Assembly (NCBI GenBank): GCA_038087875.1
Contig: CM075990.1
Location: forward strand, 11,410,001 to 11,474,000
Direction: 5' to 3'
From: Malacoraja senta
Lineage: Eukaryota
Length of the DNA: 64,000 nucleotides
The notes under the pieces were generated by a model. That model searched no databases and was not told where the DNA came from. It saw only the letters and a list, made by a program, of their open reading frames with translations. Position 1 is the first letter of the stretch; every line of letters begins with the position of its first letter. A program made the translations under genes and the position numbers. Of this stretch, positions 1-12,427 are shown piece after piece.

Positions 1-19
1 AATCGAGCAGCAGAAGACA

Positions 20-280
20 TAAGTTTAAGGTGAAGGGGAAAAGATTTAATAGGAATATGTGGGGTATGTTTTTCACACAAAGGGTGGTAGGTGTATGGAA
101 CAAGCTGCCAGAGGAGGTAGTTGAGGCAGGGACTATCGCAACATTTAAGAAACAGTTAGATAGGTACATGGATAGGACAGGTTCGAAGGGATATGGATCA
201 AACATGGGAAGGTGGGACCAGTGCAGATGGGACATGCTGGGCCGAAGGGCCTGTTTCCACACTGTATCACTCTATGACTC
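20..280 (+). mobile_element. CR1-clade LINE 3' fragment (subfamily with GACTCT-type tail)
   Basis: Translates to the CR1 ORF2 C-terminus (KGKRFNRN..FFTQRVVGVWNKLPEEVVEAG) followed by the 3' UTR 'gggccgaagggcctgtttcc..ctgtat'. Near-identical to 58890-59180. Confidence 0.85.
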
Positions 281-282
281 TA

Positions 283-560
283 TCTATCTTTCCCTCTCAA
301 ACCCATTCTCCTGCCTTCTCCCCATTACCTCCGACACCCGTATTAATCAAGAATCTATCAATCTCCTCCTGAAAAATGTCCATTGACTTGACCTCCACAG
401 CTGTCTGTGGCAATGAATTCCACAGTTCACCACCCTCTGACTTAAGATATTCATGCTCATCTCCTTCCTAAAGGAATGTCTTTTAATTCCGAGGCTGTGG
501 CCACTGGTCCTAGACTCTCCCACTAGTGGAAATATCCTCCCCACATCCACTCCATCCAGG
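283..560 (-). mobile_element. CR1-clade LINE 3' fragment
   Basis: Minus-strand translation GRIFPLVGESRTSGHSL..QRVVN matches the other CR1 copies in the window. Confidence 0.8.
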
Positions 561-740
561 TTTTTACCAGGCTGGAACGGATGGCAACAGCTTCACACCG
601 TGTCCCAAAGCTCGTGTCCTGTCCTGCATCACCCAAGGCAGCAGAGACGTTATAGGAGAGGGCAAGCACCGTCACAAAGTAGCTCACGATGGTTTGGGTA
701 ACATTCAGGAATGTCTATGCATGTCACATCATGACTATTA

Positions 741-830
741 CTGAAGAAGGGTCTTGACCCGAAATATAATCTATACCTTTTCTCCAGAGATGCTGCCTGA
801 CCCACTGAGTTACTCCAGCACTTTGTGTCT
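741..830 (+). mobile_element. Penelope-like terminal repeat fragment with hammerhead-like core
   Basis: 'ctgaagaagggtcttgacccgaaa' followed by the family body 'ctccagagatgctgcctgacccactgagttactccagca'. Confidence 0.65.
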
Positions 831-1107
831 ATTTTCACTTCACCCATCTGTCCAAGCCCACTCTCCCCCCTCCTTTCCTATGTTCCTTTCCACCCATAAA
901 CCTCTCTCTGCCTTTACATTTCACTCCTCTGTCAAATCTGCTCTACTTATCTACATGCATTTTTCTTCTTAACTTTTTAGTCATAGAATGATGCAGTGTG
1001 GAAACAGGCCCTTCGGCCCAACTTGCCCACACCGACCAACATGTCCCATCTAAACTAGTCCCACTCACACGCGTTTGGCCCATATCCATCTAAATCTGTC
1101 CTGTCAC

Positions 1108-1604
1108 CAGAGGTTCACCAGACTGATTCCTGGGATGGCAGGACTTTCATATGAAGAAAGACTGGATAGACTCGGCTTGTACTCGCTAGAATTTAGAAGA
1201 TTGAGGGGGGATCTTATAGAAACTTACAAAATTCTTAAGGGGTTGGACAGGCTAGATGCAGGAAGACTGTTCCCGATGCTGGGGAAGTCCAGAACAAGGG
1301 GTCACAGTTTAAGGATAAGGGGGAAGTCTTTTAGGACCGAGATGAGAAAAACATTTTTCACACAGAGAGTGGTGAATCTGTGGAATTCTCTGCCACAGAA
1401 GGTAGTTGAGGCCAGTTCATTGGCTATATTTAAGAGGGAGTTAGATGTGGCCCTTGTGGCTAAAGGGATCAGGGGGTATGGAGAAAAGGCAGGTACAGGA
1501 TACTGAGTTGGACGATCAGCCATGATCATATTGAATGGCGGTGCAGGCTCGAAGGGCCGAATGGCCTACTCCTGCACCTATTTTCTATGTTTCTATGTTT
1601 CTAT
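1108..1604 (+). mobile_element. Young CR1/HER1-like LINE 3' end, nested in an older minus-strand CR1 fragment (approx. 980-1715)
   Basis: Open ORF2 C-terminus (RFTRLIPGMAGLSYEERLDRLGLYSLE...GEKAGTGY*) and (TTCTATGT)n tail. The older CR1 3' UTR resumes on both sides. Confidence 0.92.
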
Positions 1605-2382
1605 CCATGTACGTGTCCAAATGTCTCTTAAACATTAGGCTTGTCCCAGCCTTAACTACCTCCTCTGGCAGCTCGTTACATACATCCAGCACCCTTTGTG
1701 TGAAAAAGCTACCTGTTAATTTCTGAAATATTGGTCATAAATTTGGTGCAAAAATGCTCCAAAATAAGGTTCAGTATGCATCAGAGAGCATCTAAAACCT
1801 CTGAGCTTACATTATTTCACATTAAGTTTTTTGTAATCCTGTCATGCCACCCCCCTTTTTGAAAAGCTTCGTACGGGCCTGTAGTGGGTCCTTCTGGAGG
1901 ACCAAATTGGCCTATTCCTGTAGACATATCTACCTCTCTTTAGTCACCTCCAGTTTAAATTGCATTTGGAATATTTTGGAGGACCAAGAAACCAAGAATC
2001 CGTAGACACTCTAGGCTGCAGTCTTTGTACAACAGCATCTTGTTAACAACACAACACTTTGAGAATTGCTGCACTCTCTGCAGCCTGCATTGAAATTGTA
2101 ATTGGATTTGTGCTTGGAACAACGGGCTGTTGGTATCTGACAGACACTGTGGAGTTTATCATCTTCATCAGTGACTGACTCTCTCAGCAGAGGATGCAAT
2201 CTAACTCAGTATTCTTGTGCACTGTGTTACCTCCTGTGTAAAATGTCCTTACAAATCAAAAAGATAAAAATACAAAAAGCAAGACTTGTCATGGAACCAT
2301 ACAGGATGGAAACATGCCCTCCAACCCACTATGACTATGCTGCCCATCTATATCAATTCCATACCTATTCCTACCCTTCCAT

Positions 2383-2790
2383 ACATAGAAACATAGAAAA
2401 TAGGTGCAGGAGTAGGTCATTCGGCCCTTCGAGCCAGCCATTCAATATAATCATGGCTGATCATCCAAAATCCCCATATCCCCTGATTCCGTTAGCCCTA
2501 AGAGCTAAATCTAACTCTCTCTTAAAAACATCCAGTAAATTGGCCTCCACTGCCTTCTATGGCAGAGAATTCCACAGATTCACATTGTCATTGTGACAAT
2601 GAATTTCATTGTCTTATCTGGGACATATGACATTAAAAGACTCTTGACTCTTGACTCTCTGGGTGAAAAAGTTTTTCCTCATCTCAGTCCTAAATGGCCT
2701 GCCTCTTATTCTTAAACTGTGACCCCTGGTTCTGGACTCCCCCAACATCGGGATCATTTTTCCTGCATCTAGCCTGTCCCATCCCTTAAG
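2383..2790 (-). mobile_element. CR1 LINE 3' fragment interrupted by a short Rex1-type 3' tail (approx. 2585-2657)
   Basis: 'catagaaacatagaaaataggtgcaggagtagg' is the reverse complement of the CR1 tail. The insert ends in 'ctcttgactcttgact'. Confidence 0.75.
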
Positions 2791-3928
2791 AATCTTATGT
2801 GTTTTTATTTTTTATTACTCTGGAAGAAGAACGTGGAAGCAAGGAACTGCGGATGCTGGTTTACCTAGGAGAGACACAAAATGGACAGAAAGGGCAGTGT
2901 GACAATGGGAAGGGGAGTTAAAATGGTTAGCAACAGGGAGTTCCTGCAGGCCTTGCGGATTGAGTGCAAATGTTCGGAGAAGCTACAGTACTTTTCACTC
3001 CCCGAGATGTACGAATGATATATTATTAAGGAGTGATCCTTATTGTACTGTAGGAAATGTGGTTATTGATTTTCCTTCAGAAAGTGGAGTGCAATTTAGT
3101 AATAATCTAATCATCTGTTTTACAGTATATGTTGGCTAAAGAACAAATGCTGGTGAGTCACCGGGATAAGTTCCATAGTCTTCTTCAAAACTGCTGCGGG
3201 CACTTTCCCTCTAGTTGAGAGAGATGATGGTGTCTCAGATATGAAGGTCTGCCAACAACATGCATTCCCTTTTGTGCTACACTGCAGAATCCACATTGAA
3301 CTTTATGATGTTTCCATGTTCTCTTGAGTTGAGTTTAGTTTATTGTCACGTGTACCAAGGTACAGTGAAAAGCTTTTGTTGAGCGCTAACTAGTCTCTCC
3401 ATTCAGTAGCAAGGGTTAGAAGAATATGGGTCCACATGCCATTCTGAGTTCAAAGGATGTAAATGTCATGGAGAAGTCAAGGCTCTAATACATGTCTTGA
3501 TTAATACGGGTGTCAGGGGTTATGGGGAGTAGGCAGGAGAATGGTGTTAGGAAGATATAGAGCAGCCATGATTGAATGGTGGTGTAGTCTTGATGGGCTG
3601 AATGGCCTAATTCTGCTCCTATCACTTATGACCTTATGACATTTACTTAAATGAAAGGAAGTTCATTGTAAAAGCTGTAACGAAGGAGGGCCATTAACAT
3701 GAAATATAAGAACATGAGAGGTTTTGGCAGGGTGGACACAGAGTTGGAGAATCTAACACTAAGGGCCACACCTTTCAAATAAGGATTGCACATTTAAGAT
3801 AGTGAATGAGGTGAAATTTCCCTCATTTTTGGAATTTTTTGGAATTCTCTTCCTCAAGAGATGCTGAGTCTGAATATTGTTCAGCCCTTGCTTATCAAGT
3901 ATCCGTCTGTCTCTGTCTTAACAATATT

Positions 3929-4054
3929 CTCAGCAACCACACGGTAGGCGTCAGCAACCACAGGCCCAGACTCAGCAACTTCATGCCGTGCCTTGGCAAC
4001 TTCACTTGCAGCCTCGGCAACCACAGACCGGCCTTTGGCAACTACAAGCCAGTC
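3929..4054. repeat. Degenerate 21-bp tandem array, 6 units with an invariant GCAAC core
   Basis: ctcagcaaccacacggtaggc / gtcagcaaccacaggcccaga / ctcagcaacttcatgccgtgc / cttggcaacttcacttgcagc / ctcggcaaccacagaccggcc / tttggcaactacaagccagtc. Confidence 0.8.
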
Positions 4055-6372
4055 CTTGTAGTTTACCTGAAGCCGAGTTTAGAGCCCCCTTTACCTCTTG
4101 GGTGTGGAGGTTCAACTTGATATCACCCTTCTGCATCTGATGGCACCTCCAAGTGGATGGACATTTTGGACACTGAGGGGTCGAACATAATCCAGCCCGA
4201 TAGCTCACCGGTCTACCCTGCTCTCAAATTTTCCTTTGGTTGTGAAGGAACTTATTTTAAGTTTTGGAAACACTTAGGAAAGAACTGGAGTCAGAGTCTT
4301 TTCTTATCAAACTTATTAAATAAACAGCCCATCAGAAATAAAAACAAAGGCACAAATGGCTTTGTTCTGTGTTTTTAATATACACTAATGTCTGGAAACT
4401 GAAAGCCCAAATGCTTAGTGACTGGATGAGCTAGTCAATCTATAAAGCCCAGCTGTTGCTTCTGAAATCTCATTTTTACAACTTCCTTTTAATTTTAAAT
4501 GAAAGACAGAGGCTTATTACTAATGTATGGCCTGACTGCAGGAAGACAATTAAACTCCACAAGAAGTCTATTACAGCTAAAGAAATCAATTTTTATTCTC
4601 CTTGTGGGTCAGGGTGGGGGGAAGATGTCATGTCAGGAATTAACGTGGGAATACGTGGGATTCCCACACGCATTTGGGAATGAAATGGATTTTGTTCTAA
4701 TGGAGAGCTCCTTCCTTTCATTGATCCGAGTTCAACAGAGGCAACACGTGGGTGCAACTGGTGGAGCTCTTGCCTCACAGCGCCAGAGACCCGGGTTCAA
4801 TGCTGTCCTCGGGTGCGGTCTGTGTGGAGTTTGCACCTTCTCCTTGTTTCCTTCAGGTTCTCTGGTTTGCTCCCACAACCTAAAGATGTGTGGGTCAGTA
4901 AGCTAGTCGGCCTCTGTAAATTGTCCCTAGGGTGTAGATAAGTGATAACATCTGCAGCGACTTCAGGGATGTTTCAAAATTAGTAGCCCTGATGTGTGGC
5001 TGAAGTGAAAAGGTGTGATCACATGGAGAAACTAGTGACACTTCGACTGAGTTAAAAAAATAATTAATCATTGAAATGTTAAAAAGGTTAAAATGTTGAG
5101 GACCATGGATGGCACAGAGATGGAGCATTGTGTCCTAGGTTTACGTTCAGGTTTATTATTGTCATGTGTGCAGTGGAAAGCTTTATTTTGCATGCTACCC
5201 AATCAGACCAGATTACAGACCAGATCGCATGGGATCCAAGGAGAGATAGTTGAATGGATGGCAAAATTGGCTCCATGGAAGGAAGCAGAGGGTGATGATG
5301 AAAGGTTGCTTCTCAGACTGGAGGTCTGTGACTAGTGGTGTGCCTCAGCGACCGTTCAGGGTTCATTTAGAAGCCTGATAATGGAGATTATGAAGCTGTT
5401 CTTGAGTCTATGGGTGCGTGCTTACAAGCTTCTGTACCTTCTGTCCCGCCCGGATTGACCGGGTGGGACAAATCTTTGATTATGTTGGCAGCTTTTCCGA
5501 GGCAGTGCGAAGTGTAGATGGATCTGCTGGCAAGAGGCTTCCTCACCATTGGGAACAGATTTACAATAGTGTCTTTTCGACCGTCCAGTTGCATTCACTA
5601 AGAATTTCTGAAAGATGCAAAAAAGGCAATGCAAGTTATACTACAGTGTGCAATTTGCTTACACTTCCCACCATGTGGGTCACTGCAGAACCTGGGTCAG
5701 GATCATCCACTGTGTTGCATGGGATGTCAGACCCTTCAACACTTCCCCCACACGCTTGGTGTACAATGACCAACTCCAATTTTGGGGCCACACCTCCATT
5801 ACCCCAACCACAAATTGGACCTCAAGCCTGGTCAATAGTCAAGTCTGGGGCACGTAGCCCATACACTCCCTCTCTTAACTCTGGATGCTTTTCAGAGACT
5901 TCCTGTCATGCTCCACTCAAAGACATCATTGTGATATAACTGGGTGGAACTTATTGGTGTATATCTCAATATAATTACTATGTGATGCTTTCTCCATGTC
6001 CGTGCAAGCAAAGGATGAGTAAGAGACAGTGTGGAAACGGTGCATGAATATCCGCAGAAGCGGCGCCGTATTGCAGTAACTAAATATATTCAATACTTTA
6101 TTGGCAATTAACCTAATCTGTAATTAACATGAATTGATGCAGCTCAAAAACAGTACAACAAATCTTCTCCTGGAATTAATCCAAATGAGATCCTCTTTAG
6201 TGGGAACACTCAAACATAAATGCTTTCTGTTGTCAATCTGTTCCTGCCGAGGGGTTCCTTTAATCAGATCGAGCAATGAGTTTCAACTAAGTGCAGGTGC
6301 CATTAGGGAATAAACTGCATGTTACAACCTCACTGCTGTCTGGTGGAAGCAGGCTCTTCCATGAACTCAGTT

Positions 6373-7206
6373 CGGTGTGGCGGTGCCTTGTGGCAGCGGC
6401 TCGACTGCAGTCCGTCCGTCTTCTCTTTCTTTTTGTCCCGTTAGGTGTATGTTTTGGGTTTTAGTTTTTAGCTGTGTATGTGGGGGAGCGGGGAGGAGGG
6501 GGGGGGGGGGGACTTTTTAAACTTTTAAATCTCTTCCCTGTACGGGGACCCGAAACTTTTCCCTGTCTGTTGTCGTTGGGGCCTAGCACCGTGGAGCGGC
6601 CTCCAACCGGAATCGACCTGGGGCTCCAGTCGCAGAGCCTGCGGACCCACCATCGCGGAGCTGGCCGGCTTCGGAGCGTGGAGAGCTGTGGTGCCGCGCG
6701 GCTGTGACCCGACTTCAGAGCTTCAGAGGCTCCAGCCGCAGGCCCGGTGGACGGTAACATCGGGAGCTCGCGGGTCCATGTTGGGAAACCGCTTTTCGGA
6801 GCTCCCGCAACGGCAACTTCTCCCGCCCAAATCGCGGGGTTAAAAACGACCCGGAGCGGGGCCTTACATCGTCCGGCGCGGCTTTAACGGCCGCGGTCCT
6901 TACCATCGCCCGCCGGGGGCTCCAACATCAAGACCCGGAGCAGGGCCTTACGTCGCCCGGCACGGCCTTAACGGCCGCGGGACTTACCATCGCCCGCCGG
7001 GGGCTTTAACATCGGGAGAAGAATAAAGTACAGGGGAGAGACAAGACTTTGCCTTCCATCACAGTGAGGAGGTGTTTGGAGATTCACTGTGACGGATGTC
7101 TGTGTAAATTGTGTGTCTTGAGTTTTTTCTTGTTCGTATGACTGCAGAAACGTAATTTTGTTTGAGCCTAAGTTCAAATGACAATAAACGGTATTGTATT
7201 GTATTC
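6373..7206 (+). mobile_element. CpG-rich non-autonomous retroposon (unclassified) with an internal ~84-bp dimer
   Basis: Sharp GC/CpG-rich block. It ends in 'tgacaataaac' plus a (GTATT)n tail. Its 5' and 3' ends resemble those of 43796-44612 (minus). Tandem duplication at 6848-7013. Confidence 0.7.
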
Positions 7207-7351
7207 AATCTTATACAGTATGCAGTTAATTCTTCCAAATGTCATGTCCAGCTCAGAGCATCTAAGCACTTGTTTGCTGAATGCATATTTGAAAGCCAAG
7301 CTCAGATGGTTTCATCCATGCCTGATAATGCAACGCTTGCCTCTGAGTATA

Positions 7352-7630
7352 GTTTAGTTTAGTTTAGAGATAGAGCCAGGAAACAGGCCCTTCAGCCCAC
7401 CAGGTCCATGCCCACCAACGCACGCTGATTCTGTCCTACACACTTTGGACAATTTACAGAAGCCAATTAACCTACAAACCTGCACGTCTTTGGAATGTGG
7501 GAGGAAACCGGTGCTCCTGGAGAAAACCCAGGAAGTTGCAGGGAGAACGTGCAAACTCCATACAGACAGCTGCAGTCAGGATGGAACCCTAGTCTCTCCT
7601 ACTGTAAGGCAGAAACTCTACCGCTGCATT
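7352..7630 (-). mobile_element. HE1-type SINE
   Basis: (TTTAG)n tail, shared 'aaacaggcccttc' 3' segment and central 'ttaacctacaaacctgcacgtctttggaatgtgggaggaaaccgg' domain. Confidence 0.85.
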
Positions 7631-8597
7631 CCTGTGTAGCTCCCATGTTAACAGGCTGACCCAGTCCGTGCCAGTGTGGAAGTGTCACTTTCTGCATGAG
7701 ACCGTAGGAAATAGAAATAAGAATAGACTATTTAGCCCTTTGAGCCTGTATTCTGTCCAATAAACATGCTGCTAACTCAAATTTCTTCATCTATTCTCCT
7801 GCCAATTCTCCATGATTTGATTTCCTGATTGTTTAAAAGTCTATCTATATCTTAATCAAATATGTTCAAAGATTCAACCTCCACAACAAGGAATTCCAAA
7901 GACATATACCACTGGAAACAGGCACCTTTGGCCCAACTCATCCATCCCGACCAAAATGCCACATCTAAGTAGTCTTCCCACATTTGGCCCATGTCGCTCT
8001 AAACCATTCCCATCCATTTACTATCTAAGTGTCTTTTTAATGCTGCCTCGACGACCTCATCTGGCAGCTCGTTCCATATACTCACCACCCTCTGAGTGAA
8101 TAAGTTGATCATCGTTTGTATTAAATCTTGACTCGCTCACCTTAAAATTACCTAAAAGTCAACATAGTGGGATATAAGTAGATATTAGGACTGGCGACCA
8201 AAAGGGTGAACTGAGGAATAGTCCCAACCCAAAATTGCCTATCCAAGTTCTTCAGAGATGCTGCCTAACCTGCTGAGTTACTCCATCGAAGATAGACATA
8301 AAATGCTGAAGTTGCTCAGTGGGACAGGCAGCATCTCTGGAGAGAAGGAATGGGTGACGTTTCGGGTTGAGACTCTTCTTGAGGCTCTGTCACTTTGTGT
8401 CTTCTTCTTTAATAATGATGTTTCTCATTCTTCTTTGCAAAGTGAACAACTTACGCAAGTAGTCTGCTTTTTGCCCATTTATCTAACCTATCAATATCTC
8501 TCCACAATCTGTTAGTATTCTCCTCAAAGCGTGCCATTCCCCTGATTTTTCTATTGTACACAAATTTGGCTACTGTCGATTTATTTTCTTCCCCTAA

Positions 8598-9199
8598 TGG
8601 GCCTGTCCCACTTAGACGATGTTTTGACGACTGCTGGCGACTGTCATAGTCGTAACAGGTCGCCTAAAAAATGGCGACTGGACCCCCCCTACGACAATGT
8701 CTACGATAATGTCTACAACAACCTACCGCTCAGTCGACGTCCAGCTATGGCAAGCTACCGACAACCGACGACCCATGAGGACGTCCATCTACGACCACAC
8801 CTATGACAACCCACGACAATCTACGACAACCTACGTCCACCTACGATCACACCTACGACAACCTACGTCCACCCGTGACAAGCTGCGACAAGGTAAGACA
8901 ATTCAGTCGCCAGGTATCTGTCACAGGTTGATGTAGGTGGAGGTAGGTAATCACCAATAGAATTCACCGAAGTCAGCACTGGCGACAACCTACGTCATCC
9001 TGGCGAAAACCTACGACAAGCCAACTGTCGCCGAAAAGTTTTGAATATTTAAAAATCCAGCGGCGACCAGAAAAATGCTATGATTCTTTGAGCGACCGAG
9101 GAGACTAATGACCATACAGGCGACATCCCTGGCGACCATGGTGGTGACAGCCTAGTCGCCTGCAGTCGCCTAAAAAATCACCTAAGTGAAACAGGGGCA
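8598..9199. mobile_element. PIF/Harbinger-type MITE with internal ACGACAACCT-like repeats
   Basis: Termini 'tgggcctgtcccacttag' and 'ctaagtgaaacaggggca'. TAA on both flanks (8595-8597, 9200-9202). Same terminal motif as 11327-11632. Confidence 0.8.
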
Positions 9200-9352
9200 T
9201 AAGTCATTAATGTATGTACAGTGAACAGCTGTGGTCCCAGCACTCATCCCTGTGCTACTCACAACTCCACTGGTCGACGTTGCTAACCTGAAAATGACCC
9301 CCTTATCATTGGCCACTGCTTCCTCAAAGTTAGCCAGTCCTCTATTAATGCA

Positions 9353-9540
9353 TTTGTTAAAGAAGGAACTGCAGATGCTGGAAAATCGAAGGTACACAAA
9401 AATGCTGGAGAAACTCAGCGGGTGCAGCAGCATCTATGGAGCGAAGGAAATAGGCAACGTTTCGGGCCGAAACGTTGCCTATTTCCTTCGCTCCATAGAT
9501 GCTGCTGCACCCGCTGAGTTTCTCCAGCATTTTTGTGTAC
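9353..9540. mobile_element. Palindromic Penelope-like short insertion (young subfamily)
   Basis: Perfect 75-bp arms (9391-9465 and 9467-9541). Flanking 14-bp direct repeat CCTCTATTAATGCA at 9339-9352 and 9541-9554. Confidence 0.85.
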
Positions 9541-9657
9541 CCTCTATTAATGCAAATATATTATCTCCAAACCCATGAGTTTTTATCTTCCAAAATAACT
9601 ATTGTGTGGCACTTTGTCAAATGCTTCATGGAAACATAAATCCAACACATTTGATTG

Positions 9658-9925
9658 CCGGACAGTGGCGCAGCGGTAGAGTTGCTGCTTTACAGCGCCA
9701 GAGACCTGGGTTCGATCCTGACTATGGGTGCTTGTCTGTACAGAATCTGTACCTTCTCCCCGTGACCTGCGTGGGTTTTCTCTGGGATCTCCGGTTCCCT
9801 CTCACACTCCAAAGATGAACAGGTTTGTAGGTTAATTTGCTTCAGCAAAATTGTAAATTGTCCCTAGTGTGGCATGAACTCAGTGGGCCAAAGGGCCCGC
9901 TTCTGCACTGAATCTCTAAACTAAA
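9658..9925 (+). mobile_element. HE1-type SINE (internally deleted)
   Basis: tRNA-like head with A box 'tggcgcagcgg' and B box 'ggttcgatcc', conserved central domain and 'ctctaaactaaa' tail. Confidence 0.85.
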
Positions 9926-11326
9926 TTGAAGTAACCATTTACTGGTTCCCATCCCCTCTGGCTGGTGCTTCCTGAAGGACCACAAATGAAATACATTGCA
10001 CATGAAGCTATGCTGAATCTGGGAAATGTTTATTTTTTATACAGAATTATTAAAGCAGATTATCTGATCATTATGATATTACAGTTTGTCAGAGATATTG
10101 CAAAATTGTATGTTTCTTAAATTGCAACTGTGCTCGATGTTTAGAAGTGTTTAATTGCTTGGAATTCACTATGGGACTCACTGTGGCTGTGAAGGGCAGT
10201 GTCATGTTTTTAGTGTTGCCTTGTAAATCTGCTGCTTTCTCCTGTTCAAAATCCCAACATTTGTTCCATCGGCCTTTTGCTGAATTGTAAAGCATAGAAC
10301 AAATACTGGAGGCACTTAACGGGTCAGACAGCATCTGTGGATTGAATGGATAGACAACGTTTCAGGTCAGGTCCCTTCTTCAGACCCAAGTTCTTCAGAC
10401 CCTCTTACAATTCAGATTTGTAAAGTCCCTCTCAACACGGCCTTGTAATTGTAAAACCTTAAAATGTCACTAATAATTAACCAACGTATTTGCAGAGGAA
10501 TGGGAAACTAGCTTTCAGCAATTTTTGGTATACATGTCATTTTTTTTAGTCCTGATCCATATCTCGAGTTGTATCTCATAATTGCTTCTGTGTAAACTGC
10601 AGATGGTTTCCTTGTAACTTAGTCCTCCTAATGACAGATACCCATTATGGAGAAGTGATGTACATTAGTGCACAGCCCCCCCACCTGGGAATCAAAGCAT
10701 CCCCACTGCTTGACATAAATGGATAAGGGAGATGAAGTGCTTTGTGCATCTCCTGCAGGGTGACAGATGGCCGGGTCATGATGGTAATCGGTTGAAGGGC
10801 CTTTCTGTTGGTTCGAGGCTTTGCGCAGTCTCTCTGCTGTGGGGATGGGGGCAAGTGAACTGTACTTAAGCCCCAAAAAAAAATCTTTATTTTTTTTGGT
10901 CATAAAAAGAGACACCGATTAAACAGCAAATTGTCATCTAAAACTGAAAGAAAAAAAAAGTTCTGATATTCTATCGAAACAAAATTCCCTTTTGCATAAT
11001 CTTTTCTCGTCACTAAATACTGGACGGTTTAAAGGCGGCTAAAATCTGAATCCATTCATGATCACAAAGACAAAAGCTGTGCAATTAACTTTTTACAAAG
11101 CTAAATGTACAGTTGTAAGTTCATAAGTTCATGTGATAGGAGCAGAATTAGGCCATTCGGCCCATCAAGTCTACTTCGCCATTCAATCATGGCTGGTCTA
11201 TGTTTCCCTCATAACCCCATTCTCCTGCCTTCTCCCCATAGGCTTGACACCCTTACATCTCTGGAGAACATGGAGAGGTGACGTTTCGGGTTGGGAAACG
11301 ATGAAGGGTCACGACCTGAAACATTA

Positions 11327-11632
11327 AGGGCCTGTCCCACTTGGCGATTTTTTCGGCGACTGCCGGCGTCATATCAGGGTCGCCAAAAGATTTTGAACAT
11401 TTCAAATTCCAGCGGCGACAAAAAAATGTTGCGACACTTGAAAAAACACCGCTCGTCATATGTCATCACGCCGCATCTCAACGCGTCGTACGTCATCACG
11501 CCGCGTCACATCACCGCCGCGTCACATCACCGCCGCTTCATACGTCATCACGCCGCGTATTTTTCGATGACCTGATACGTCAGTCAATGACGCCGGCAGT
11601 CGCCGAAAAAATCGCCAAGTGGGACAGGCCCT
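11327..11632. mobile_element. PIF/Harbinger-type MITE, inserted into a Penelope-like repeat
   Basis: Perfect 46-bp TIRs (agggcctgtcccacttggcgattttttcggcgactgccggcgtcat). TTA duplication at 11324-11326 and 11633-11635. Internal (cgtcatcacgccg)-like repeats. Confidence 0.9.
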
Positions 11633-12179
11633 TTACTTGTCCACGTTCTCAAGAGATTCTGCCTGAAGTCCTGGAGACACTTCGCTGGCCCGGCAGCATC
11701 TGCAGAGGGAGGAACGGAGTTAGCAGTTTATTTTGATGTTTTTTTATGAGGGATGGTGGATGGAATTTCCCCCCAGCTGACAACACAATGCTTGCGTCAT
11801 CAGAGATAAAATAAATCTCAACTTCAGCAAATGCAAATTGCGAGTGTCCACACAATTGCAGCATAGTATCACACTCTCAGGAGGATGACTGGATGTTTGA
11901 AGCACAATGGGTTTGAGTTTTCAGACTTATATTAGTACAATACAAGTCAACTGGTTGAATAGATTAAATATTGGCTGGGGAACAGGGATGGGATGGGATA
12001 GGCAGTATTATCTCATTGCTGCTTTGGAACTGACATGCGCAAATACCATTCCTACACTACAGCAAAATTACTCCACTACAAACATCCCTTACTTGTTGTG
12101 GATACAGTCACAGAGAGACACATCAAGGAAATGAGTCCTGCAGCCCATCAAGTACATGCTGTCCAACAATCAAATATAT

Positions 12180-12427
12180 CAGCCTGAAGAAGTCCCAACC
12201 TGAAACGTCATCTATTTATGTTCTTTGGGAATGCTACCTGATGAGCTGAGTTACTCCAGCACCTTTTTTTAAATCAAACATTTATACTCATTCATTGTAG
12301 GAAGGAACTGCAGATGCTGGTTTAAACCGATGATAGACACAAAATGTTGGAGTAACTCAGCGGGACAGGCAGCATCTCTGGAGAGAAGGAATGGGTGATG
12401 TTTTGGGTCGAGACCCTTCTTCAGACT
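12180..12427. mobile_element. Inverted pair of Penelope-like terminal repeats
   Basis: Plus copy 'ctgaagaagtcccaacctgaaacgtc...' and minus copy whose reverse complement reads 'gtctgaagaagggtctcgacccaaaacatcaccc'. Confidence 0.7.

Noticed and set aside
3929..4054. CRISPR-like repeat-spacer appearance
   Set aside because: The core is only ~9 bp and the spacers ~12 bp, the context is vertebrate, and there are no cas genes.
5418..5939. 173-aa ORF as a host gene
   Set aside because: It starts within an antisense Rex1-type fragment, and has no recognisable domain or clear splice signals.
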